Shown piece by piece: positions 56,344-64,000 of a stretch of 64,000 bases of DNA (positions within the stretch are counted from its first letter, which is position 1; the number at the start of each line of letters is the position of its first letter). The notes under the pieces are model-generated. The model was not told the origin of the DNA. It saw nothing but the letters and a program-made list of their open reading frames with translations, and searched no databases. The position numbers and the translations under genes are program-made. Source of the DNA: Candidatus Bipolaricaulota bacterium (GTDB lineage Bacteria > Patescibacteriota > Patescibacteriia > UBA11705 > DATKZF01); contig DATKZF010000001.1 in assembly GCA_035528115.1 (NCBI GenBank), positions 28,508 through 92,507 of the forward strand, read 5' to 3'.

Positions 56344-57150
56344 ATGACGCTTATTTTCGATGAACGAGTTCAGGTCGAGCTTCTAGGTAGGGCATGGGGT
56401 GATTTTCACCCGACGAAGAGTGCGGAGGCTCACATACTCCTTGTCAGGGCCTCGGTCAGTCACAAGTTCGCCGAGCTGTTTTTGCCCAGCGTTGCTTTCA
56501 CGAACAGGGTGGCGGGCAGGCTGGACTCAAACGCTTTCCGTCTGGACGATGTACCTCCCTTGGCGTGGAGGACAACCACGAAGGCTGATGGCGGAATCAT
56601 CGTCAACGATCCGAGTGTGGCCGTGGGCATCTGCAACGCGGATTGCCACATCGGAGTGATCTACGAGCCACGTAGGCACATTCTGTGCGTTGTGCACTTG
56701 GGCCTCAAGTGCTTCCATCGACCGGACGGAGAGCCGAGCATTCTCCAGGAGGCCATCAAGGTGCTCCGTTGCGACTCTTCGGACCTTCTCTTTACCTTCG
56801 GCGGCGGAGCGGGCCCGTGTTGCTTCGGCTACGACCTCCATGATCCCAAGTTCGGCGATCAGAACATTCGCCAGGCCCAGGATCTCCGGAATCGGTTCGG
56901 AGAAGACGCGGTCAAGGGTGAAGTCGAGCGCGGGCCGCGTCGCGGTTTTGCCGCGCATGATCTTCCGACCATGATTTTGCGGCACGCGCAAGATCTCGGC
57001 TTGGCGATTCAAGACATCGATTTCACCTGTACTTCCTGCGCCGGCTTGAAGGTGGAGGGGGAGAACGAAGTCGGCGAGCGCATGTTCTGGTCGAATTTGC
57101 GAGGAGACGTGAACAACCGCAATTTCTTTTTCGCGCGCTTGGTCGGGTAG
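56344..57150 (+). CDS. Divergent YfiH/laccase-domain (FAMIN-like) protein, GC-rich solo cassette
   Basis: ADG, ICNADC...VVHLG, GPCCF and CTSC. TTGACA-17-TATTAT promoter and GGAGGG SD. Confidence 0.72.
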   Translation: MTLIFDERVQVELLGRAWGDFHPTKSAEAHILLVRASVSHKFAELFLPSVAFTNRVAGRLDSNAFRLDDVPPLAWRTTTKADGGIIVNDPSVAVGICNADCHIGVIYEPRRHILCVVHLGLKCFHRPDGEPSILQEAIKVLRCDSSDLLFTFGGGAGPCCFGYDLHDPKFGDQNIRQAQDLRNRFGEDAVKGEVERGPRRGFAAHDLPTMILRHAQDLGLAIQDIDFTCTSCAGLKVEGENEVGERMFWSNLRGDVNNRNFFFARLVG

Positions 57151-57248
57151 CCGGCCGCGATCTGGAAGGAGACACTTTGGGCAAAGGACGCAGTTCTTGC
57201 CCTTTTTTAATTGAAAAATCCCGAGTTTTAAGCTAAACTGTGATTAAT

Positions 57249-58895
57249 ATGAAGCAATGGTTGAAAAAAAATCGGTTTGTCGTTATTTTGGCCGGCATTG
57301 GCATTGTGTGTTTTTTTATTTACGGCTTTTTGGCATTTACCGCGCCCAAGGAAATTTTCAATTCTCCGGATGAAACGGCCAATTATGTTTTTTCCAGCGC
57401 TTATTCGCGCGGCTCCATGGCCATGGCCGAGCCGGACAATTTAAGGGTTCAAGGAATCATTCATCCCAGAAGCGCCACGGTCAATGAAAAAGGGGACATA
57501 GTGCCCGGATATTTTTTGGGACTGCCGATTATTTTGGGTTTTTTGGCGAAAATTTTCGGCAGCGGGATCATTTCCTTTGTCACGCCGATTGTTTCGGCCA
57601 TAACGCCTTTGTTTTTTTACTGGGCCCTGAAAAATATTTTTGAAAAAAAAGTCGCTTTCATTTCAGCTTTGCTTTTATATTTTCATCCCATTTTTATTTA
57701 TTACAGCGCCAAAAGCTTGATGCCCAATGTTTTGTTCATTGATTTTTTGATAATTTCTTTGGCTTTTATTTTGAACGCCGGTTACAAGAAAGGCTTCAAA
57801 AATCAATTCAGAATCAAACCGATTTTGTTTTATCTATTGGCCGGCGCTTTTTTGGGTCTGGCCATGAGCATCAGACCATCGGAATTTTTCTGGGTGGTTT
57901 TTTTGTATTTGATTTTATTTCTTTTTGGAATTAAAAAAGTCAATTGGCCCGGTTTGATTTTGGGTCTTTTGGCCGCCGCTGCCGCGCAAATCCCGACCTT
58001 ACTGGAAAATATGGCGCTTTACGGCGGTTATTTGAAGCTGGGCTATAATACCAGGCTGCTGGGAGTCGAGCTTGATCAAGGCGGCGTTTTGGGATTGTTA
58101 AAATCAATTTTTTCATGGTCAACCGTTTTTCCGTTCGGCATCAAGCTCGCGGCCAGCGCCAATGTTTTTATCAATTATTTCTGGAGATTTTTAGGCTGGT
58201 ATCATCTTTGGCTTTTGCCCGGCCTGGCAGCTTCTGTCGTTTATTTGAAATTCAATTGGTCGCGCAAAATCGTTTACGCGATCGGCATTTTGGGAGTCGG
58301 CGCGTATTTGATTTTATATTACGGCGCTTATGTTTTTCAAGATAATATCAATTCCTCGCAGATTTCCATCGGCACGTCATATTTACGATATTGGCTGCCC
58401 CTGATGATCATGATTTTGCCCGTCATGGCTTATTCGATATACGCTGTTTGGCGTTTGTCCGAAAAATTCGGATTGAAAATAAAAGCGGCTTTCACGATTT
58501 TATTTTTTTTAATTTTGAATCTGTACACCTTTCAAATCGTCTTTGCCGAGACCAATGAAAGCTTGCTCGCCGTTAAAGAAAATTTGAAAAAATACGATTT
58601 TATTCGAGAAAACGTTTTGGCCGTTACCGAAGAGGACGCCATTATCATTTGCGACCGCTCTGATAAAATATTTTTCCCAAAAAGGCAAGTGATTGTTTTT
58701 CAGGAAAATTACGAGATTTTCCCGCTGATCAATCGGATCGTTTCACGCCGGCCCGTGTATTTTTACACCATGTTGCCGCCCGAAGACCTTAATTATTTGT
58801 CACAAAATAAAATCGCGAAAAGAAATTGGCAATTTTTCATTATCAACCGATTCGATAATTTTTATCTTTATAAATTGATCGGCGACAAGGATTGA
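57249..58895 (+). CDS. GT-C fold glycosyltransferase (PMT/ArnT-like)
   Basis: NSPDE luminal motif, about 12 TM helices, SIRPSE and RYWLP. Confidence 0.78.
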   Translation: MKQWLKKNRFVVILAGIGIVCFFIYGFLAFTAPKEIFNSPDETANYVFSSAYSRGSMAMAEPDNLRVQGIIHPRSATVNEKGDIVPGYFLGLPIILGFLAKIFGSGIISFVTPIVSAITPLFFYWALKNIFEKKVAFISALLLYFHPIFIYYSAKSLMPNVLFIDFLIISLAFILNAGYKKGFKNQFRIKPILFYLLAGAFLGLAMSIRPSEFFWVVFLYLILFLFGIKKVNWPGLILGLLAAAAAQIPTLLENMALYGGYLKLGYNTRLLGVELDQGGVLGLLKSIFSWSTVFPFGIKLAASANVFINYFWRFLGWYHLWLLPGLAASVVYLKFNWSRKIVYAIGILGVGAYLILYYGAYVFQDNINSSQISIGTSYLRYWLPLMIMILPVMAYSIYAVWRLSEKFGLKIKAAFTILFFLILNLYTFQIVFAETNESLLAVKENLKKYDFIRENVLAVTEEDAIIICDRSDKIFFPKRQVIVFQENYEIFPLINRIVSRRPVYFYTMLPPEDLNYLSQNKIAKRNWQFFIINRFDNFYLYKLIGDKD

Positions 58896-58898
58896 GTT

Positions 58899-59441
58899 AT
58901 GAAAGAAAAATATTTCAAAATATTGAGAGTGGCGATTTGGTTGATGGCGGTTGGAGTTTTGGCTTATTTTTTCGCCGATTATTTTTCGATTGACGGCTCC
59001 TTTTATTTGAAATACGAAGTTGGCCGGCCGATTGGCCAAGTGTCCCGATTTTATGCGCCTGAAAATTATCAAATCATCTCCGACGCCGAGAAAACATTCG
59101 TTGAAATAAATAAAACTCCGACCGCCTTTGATTTGAAATTACCGACAAAATTCGAAAAAGCGACAATCGTTTTGACATACAGGACCGAGGATTCGGACGG
59201 TTTTCGCTTCGGACCGATTTCGGATCAAGGAAAAACACGATTTGAAACGGAAAAGATCGAGACTTCGGCCAATTGGCGAGAGCAAGCCTTTGAATTTAAT
59301 CTGGCCGATGCTTACTTTTCCAAAAACCAAGGCTATTCCTTCGTTTTCGAAACATCCGGCGGAACAATTGAAGTTGCTTCAATTCAATTTGATTTGCAAA
59401 GAAAAAAATTATGGCAATCGATTGGCGAAAAATTAAAATGA
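58899..59441 (+). CDS. Membrane-anchored hypothetical protein (possible carbohydrate-binding beta-sandwich)
   Basis: N-terminal TM and a beta-rich domain with W.E..F. Confidence 0.65.
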   Translation: MKEKYFKILRVAIWLMAVGVLAYFFADYFSIDGSFYLKYEVGRPIGQVSRFYAPENYQIISDAEKTFVEINKTPTAFDLKLPTKFEKATIVLTYRTEDSDGFRFGPISDQGKTRFETEKIETSANWREQAFEFNLADAYFSKNQGYSFVFETSGGTIEVASIQFDLQRKKLWQSIGEKLK

Positions 59442-59779
59442 GCGAGCAAGCCGGCGTTTTGTCCGCGGATTTTTATTTGATCGGCGCGCTCGCTCTGATA
59501 AGCTATTTTTGTCTGGAGAAAATTTGGCCGGGCATAATCGGCAATTATTTTAATCCCGCTTGGCTGATCGTTTATTGGCTGATTTCTTTCGCCGCTTTTT
59601 GTTTTTTCAGGCCGGATAGAACCTCGCCGATGCGGATACTTTTAGGCTGTTTGGCCGCGGCCGCCGGGCTGCTGTATTTCAAATTATCATTGGGTCCGTG
59701 GTTTGGCTTGTTGATTCTTGTTTTCCCGGTTGTCTTGCTGTTAATTTCGGAGAGGCGCAACGAGATTGCCAAAAGATGA
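59438..59779 (+). CDS. Small membrane protein
   Basis: ATGA overlap with the upstream gene, four TM segments. Confidence 0.65.
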   Translation: MSEQAGVLSADFYLIGALALISYFCLEKIWPGIIGNYFNPAWLIVYWLISFAAFCFFRPDRTSPMRILLGCLAAAAGLLYFKLSLGPWFGLLILVFPVVLLLISERRNEIAKR

Positions 59780-59822
59780 TTTTTTAACTAAAATGTCTAT
59801 GTATAACTCTTAATGAATTTTT

Positions 59823-60860
59823 ATGGCGAAACAAAGCAAAAATATTTTGGTTTTGGGCGGCGCGGGTTTTATCGGTTCATATCTGTGCGAGAGACTGGTC
59901 AAGGCCGGTTTTAACGTGATTTGCGTGGATAACTTTTCAAGTTCCAGTCAGTTAAACATCAATCATTTGCTGCAAGAGTCCAATTTTGAATTGATAAAGC
60001 ATGATATGGCCGAGCCATTGCTTGATTTGGAGGAAATAGAGGACGTGGCCAAATTTCAAATTAATGTTTACGGCATTCAGGAAATTTACAACTTGGCCTG
60101 TCCGACTTCGGTGAAAAATTTTGAAGCGCATCAAATCCAGACGATCCTGGCCAATACGATCGCGGTGAAGAACGCTCTTGATTTGGCCGTGAAATACAAA
60201 GCGAAATTCATGCAGTTTTCATCTTCGGTGATTTACGGCGACGTGCCCAAAAGCACCATTGGCAAGCCGAATTTCATCAAAGAAGATTATCGCGGCCTGA
60301 TTGATCATTTGGAGCCGCGCGCCTGCTACGACCAAGGCAAAAAATACGCGGAGACCATCGTTGACGTGTATCACCGCCAGTTTGATTTGGACACCAAGAT
60401 CGTCAGAATTTTTCGAACGTTCGGTCCGCGCATGCTGCTTAAAGACGGACAGATGATTCCCGATTTCATTATCAACGCGTTGGATAATAAAGATTTGGAA
60501 ATTTTCGGAGATGAAAATTTCATCACTTCGATTTGCTATGTATCCGACATTGTCGAGGGCGCCGTGACCTTGATGGACAGCCCGCTCAATGATCCGGTCA
60601 ATATGGGCGGCACGACTGTGCATAAGTTAGTCGATGTGGCCAATAAAATTAAAGAATTGACCAATTCATCATCGAATATAGTTTTCAAGGAAAGCTTATT
60701 GTTTATGAGAGAACTGGGTTATCCGGATATCGGCAGGATCAAGAAAGCCATCGGTTGGTTTCCCATCGTCAGTTTGGAAGACGGCCTGAATAGAACCATT
60801 GAATATACCAAGGCGCACAAAAATTTGGTTAATTTCTCTTCAAACAATGACGAAGCGTAA
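59823..60860 (+). CDS. NAD-dependent epimerase/dehydratase, UDP-glucuronate decarboxylase-like
   Basis: GGAGFIGS, IYNLACP, YDQGK (YxxxK) and RIFRTFGPRM..DG. Confidence 0.88.
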   Translation: MAKQSKNILVLGGAGFIGSYLCERLVKAGFNVICVDNFSSSSQLNINHLLQESNFELIKHDMAEPLLDLEEIEDVAKFQINVYGIQEIYNLACPTSVKNFEAHQIQTILANTIAVKNALDLAVKYKAKFMQFSSSVIYGDVPKSTIGKPNFIKEDYRGLIDHLEPRACYDQGKKYAETIVDVYHRQFDLDTKIVRIFRTFGPRMLLKDGQMIPDFIINALDNKDLEIFGDENFITSICYVSDIVEGAVTLMDSPLNDPVNMGGTTVHKLVDVANKIKELTNSSSNIVFKESLLFMRELGYPDIGRIKKAIGWFPIVSLEDGLNRTIEYTKAHKNLVNFSSNNDEA

Positions 60861-60866
60861 AAAATT

Positions 60867-61532
60867 ATGTCAAAAGTGATTATCGTTTTGCCGGCGTACA
60901 ATGAAGAAAAAACAATCGCGGCGGTGATTGAAGATTTGTTGCGAGCTGATTTTCAAGAAATCGTGGCAATTGATGACGGATCTTCGGATAATACGCTTGA
61001 AGTTTTAAAAAAATACCCGGTTCATTGCTTGGCGCATAAAATTAATTGCGGCCAAGGCGCTTCGCTGCGCACGGGCACGGAAATGGCTCTGGCGCTGGGC
61101 GCGGACATTATCGTGCATTTTGACGCGGACGGACAGCATCAGGTCAAAGACATTGAAAAATTCGTCGAAGCGATCGAAAGCGGCCATGATATCGCCATCG
61201 GATCCAGATTTTTTGGGGAAAACCAAAATATTCCATTCACCAAAAAATGGTTCATTTTAAAACCGGGCATTTTGTTCAACTGGTTTTTTACGGGGTTAAA
61301 ATTAACTGACGCGCACAACGGTTTTCGCGCCATGTCGCGATTGGCCGCGCAAAAAATAAAAATCACCCAAAATCGCATGGCTCATAACACGGAAATTCCC
61401 TCGGAAATATTCCGCCATGGATTGAAATACGCCGAAGTGCCCGTGGAAATAATTTATAAAGAATACGGCCAGACTTTTCGCGGCGGCATAAATATAATCG
61501 TTGATTTGATTAAACATAAAATGTTTCATTGA
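60867..61532 (+). CDS. GT2 glycosyltransferase (polyprenol-phosphate glycosyltransferase-like)
   Basis: PAYNEE, DDGS, FDADGQH, GSRF and TDAHNGFR. Confidence 0.92.
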   Translation: MSKVIIVLPAYNEEKTIAAVIEDLLRADFQEIVAIDDGSSDNTLEVLKKYPVHCLAHKINCGQGASLRTGTEMALALGADIIVHFDADGQHQVKDIEKFVEAIESGHDIAIGSRFFGENQNIPFTKKWFILKPGILFNWFFTGLKLTDAHNGFRAMSRLAAQKIKITQNRMAHNTEIPSEIFRHGLKYAEVPVEIIYKEYGQTFRGGINIIVDLIKHKMFH

Positions 61533-61537
61533 TACTT

Positions 61538-61906
61538 ATGAATTTGATTCAGATTTTCATTTTATTGTTCGTGGCCTACGTGATTTATCGATTGACCAAG
61601 AAATTGACCAAGCGCGAATTGAGCGCGGAAGTGTTTGTTTTATGGTTGATTTTTTGGCTGCTCATGGCGCTGGTGGTGATTTTGCCTCAGACTTCGCAGT
61701 TTGTCGCGGATTGGCTGGGCGTGGGCAGAGGAGTCGATGTGATGATTTATATTTCAATTATCGTTTTGTTCTATATAGCTTTCAGGATTTTCGCGCGCTT
61801 GGAGAAAATGGAAAAGGATATTACTTTGCTGGTGAAAGATTCGGCCATCAGGGAAGCGATGAAAAATAAGATTGGCAGAGCTGAAAATAATTTTAAACAA
61901 GATTGA
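61538..61906 (+). CDS. DUF2304 family membrane protein
   Basis: WLIFW...A..LGVGRGVD...IT.LV, in its typical position after a GT2 gene. Confidence 0.85.
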   Translation: MNLIQIFILLFVAYVIYRLTKKLTKRELSAEVFVLWLIFWLLMALVVILPQTSQFVADWLGVGRGVDVMIYISIIVLFYIAFRIFARLEKMEKDITLLVKDSAIREAMKNKIGRAENNFKQD

Positions 61907-61994
61907 ACGCGGCGGAGAGATATCCTCTCCGTTTTTAAGTTAAATGAATTTTTGATATAATTAGAGAGCTAAATATTTTTTATTCCAATAATCT

Positions 61995-62564
61995 ATGGAG
62001 GAAACGGAATTTAAGACAGGACTCGAAAATGAGGCGGATTTGGTGGAGCGCGCCAAGACCGATGACGGAGCTTTCGGCGTTTTGTACGGCTATTACTTTC
62101 CGAAAATTTACGGTTATATTTTTAAAAGAGTCGGCAACCGAGAAACCGCCGAGGACTTGGTGTCGGAAATTTTCATGAAAGTTTTTTGCAATCTCGAACG
62201 ATACTCGGCTCGCGGTTTTGGTTTTTCGACCTGGCTTTATAGGGTGGCCACCAATCATCTGACTGATTTTTATCGAAAAGCGGCCAATAGAAAAATTGTC
62301 GATATTGATCAAGTGGCTGAACCGGCCGACAAAATGCAGGGGATTGAAGATAAAATCCAAGTCGATCAAGATCGCGGTAAAATTCAATCAATTATTGCCA
62401 AACTCAAGCCAAACTATCAAAAAGTCTTAAATTTGAAGTATTTTGCGGAATTATCCACTTTTGAAATAGCGGATATTTTTAAAATAACTGAAAATAACGC
62501 TCGGGTGCTATTGCATCGGGCGCATAAAAGTTTTAAAAATTTATATGAAAAACATGGAAAATAA
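61995..62564 (+). CDS. ECF sigma factor
   Basis: AFGVLY, AEDLVSEIF, FSTWLYRVATN and EIA...VLLHRA. Confidence 0.93.
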   Translation: MEETEFKTGLENEADLVERAKTDDGAFGVLYGYYFPKIYGYIFKRVGNRETAEDLVSEIFMKVFCNLERYSARGFGFSTWLYRVATNHLTDFYRKAANRKIVDIDQVAEPADKMQGIEDKIQVDQDRGKIQSIIAKLKPNYQKVLNLKYFAELSTFEIADIFKITENNARVLLHRAHKSFKNLYEKHGK

Positions 62565-64000
62565 CCTAAAAAATGACGGTTTTAATCAAGAAATAAATTC
62601 TCAAAATCGTAATGATTTTGAGACTGAGCCGTTGAAAGAAGCAGATATGATTAACAAAGCTAAATTTAAGGCTGAACCTGCTTCTCAAGATTTTCAACAG
62701 GCTTTAAAGTCGAAAATCTTGGCGGCCAGATCAGCCAAACAAAGTATGAATAAGTTCGATTTCAGCAAGGTCATCAGCGCGATCAAGCCCAAAAATTTCG
62801 CGCCGGTCATGGCTTTTATTTTAATTATCGCCATTGTTTTCACCACCGTCCATTTTTGGCCGGATTCCAGAATTTCCGGACCATTCAAAACTCTCTCGGG
62901 TCTGATGATAAGTCCGGCTCACGCCGAGGATAATTTCGATGTCCAGCCCACTTTGAGCGATTCAATCGGAGTTGAAACCTCGACCGCGTTCATTATTAAA
63001 AGTAAAGACAAACTCGATTCCGATTTATTGAAGGAAAATATCAGCTTGATCCCGCAAACCGAGTTTGATTTTGAAAAAATCAGCGATTATGAATTTAAGG
63101 TGACTCCGAAAAACATTCTCGAAGGCAAAAAGGTTTATAATTTAAAAATCGAAGCCGCTTACGTCAATGATAACGGCATTGTTATCGCTCGCGATTTTTC
63201 ATGGGCTTTTCAGGTGAAGGATCAATTTAAGATCATAAACACTTTGCCGAAAGACAAAGCGTACAATGTTCCGTTGAACAGCGGAATCGAAGTGACTTTC
63301 AGTCATGAAGACATCAAAAATTACGAAAAGAATATTTTGATTGAACCTAAAGTGGAGGGCAGATTTGAAAAACATAAAAGAACCGTGGTTTTCGTGCCCA
63401 AAGGTTTGAGCGCCGGCACGATTTATACGGTCACGGTAAAAAAGGCTATTGAATTGCCCGGATCCGATAGCAAAATGGAGAACGATTATGTTTTTCAATT
63501 TGAAACCACCTCATCGGTCAATAAAAATTATTACAGCGGCGTAAGCTTTGTTGACAACTACATGGAATTTACGACCTCAAATCAAGCCGCTTTTCAGGTG
63601 TATTCATATGGCAACGAATTGGAGACCGCGGCTCAAATTCCAATGACGATTTATTCGTTCAAAAGCGAAAATCAATTTGTTGACGCGATCAACAAGGTCA
63701 ATGACATTCCTTCCTGGGCTTATTACAGCAATAGAATGTACTCGTACGATATATCGGCGTTGAATAAAGCCGATTCCTTCGAGCTGGCATTGCAGGAGTA
63801 CGGTTATTCCAATTACTTATTATTGCCTGAAAATTTGTCCGCCGGTTATTATTTGGCTGAAGTGGATTATCAAGGCCGCCGAGCGCAGACATATTTCGTG
63901 GTGACCGATATTTCCGCGTACAGCATGCTTTCGGAAAATAAAATCTTGGTCTGGGTCAATGATTTAAAGACCAAAGAGCCGATCGCCAACGCCGATGTTC
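62554..64000 (+). CDS. Large protein (3'-truncated): anti-sigma-like N-terminus, TM helix, Big_5-type Ig domains and the start of an alpha-2-macroglobulin-like region
   Basis: Open frame from the ATG at 62554 to the window end (absent from the ORF track because it has no stop). EPASQDFQQALKSKIL, TM MAFILIIAIVF, P..K...VP.NS.IEVTFS and GYYLAEV...VVTDIS...LVWVNDLKTKEPIANADV. Confidence 0.78.
   Translation, partial: MENNLKNDGFNQEINSQNRNDFETEPLKEADMINKAKFKAEPASQDFQQALKSKILAARSAKQSMNKFDFSKVISAIKPKNFAPVMAFILIIAIVFTTVHFWPDSRISGPFKTLSGLMISPAHAEDNFDVQPTLSDSIGVETSTAFIIKSKDKLDSDLLKENISLIPQTEFDFEKISDYEFKVTPKNILEGKKVYNLKIEAAYVNDNGIVIARDFSWAFQVKDQFKIINTLPKDKAYNVPLNSGIEVTFSHEDIKNYEKNILIEPKVEGRFEKHKRTVVFVPKGLSAGTIYTVTVKKAIELPGSDSKMENDYVFQFETTSSVNKNYYSGVSFVDNYMEFTTSNQAAFQVYSYGNELETAAQIPMTIYSFKSENQFVDAINKVNDIPSWAYYSNRMYSYDISALNKADSFELALQEYGYSNYLLLPENLSAGYYLAEVDYQGRRAQTYFVVTDISAYSMLSENKILVWVNDLKTKEPIANADV

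Overview
The window is about 64 kb of a small-genome bacterium using genetic code 11. It is most likely Patescibacteria/CPR (Parcubacteria-like); this is inferred from gene content and from AT-rich core-gene leaders that lack a Shine-Dalgarno (SD) sequence. Core content: an NMP-salvage cluster (beta-CASP nuclease, ribose-1,5-bisphosphate isomerase, HAD, form III-like RuBisCO, AMP phosphorylase); recQ, typA, an OTC-family transcarbamylase, dnaG-rpoD and a PIF1-like helicase; hypCDE plus a HypF that has only its C-terminal domain; gpmI; an adjacent dockerin/cohesin surface pair; rpmG; four tRNAs; a glycosylation cluster; and an ECF sigma factor coupled to a putative anti-sigma/alpha-2-macroglobulin-like protein that runs off the window end. 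The most unusual signals are non-coding. (1) Five related modular arrays built from a 16-bp TTGTWA-CGAA-TWACAA-like site at about 40-bp spacing; the central spacer occurs in both orientations, and the arrays sit in front of the RuBisCO-pathway genes and gpmI. (2) Three of the four tRNA genes are flanked by partial copies of themselves interrupted by tiny palindromic elements, including a 30-bp element that nests and inserts after GCT without a target duplication. (3) A GIY-YIG nuclease cassette bracketed by REP palindromes and 110-bp direct repeats. (4) About ten solo ORFan cassettes with their own promoter and strong SD, plus two candidate structured RNAs. All calls come from reading the sequence only; no database searches were run.
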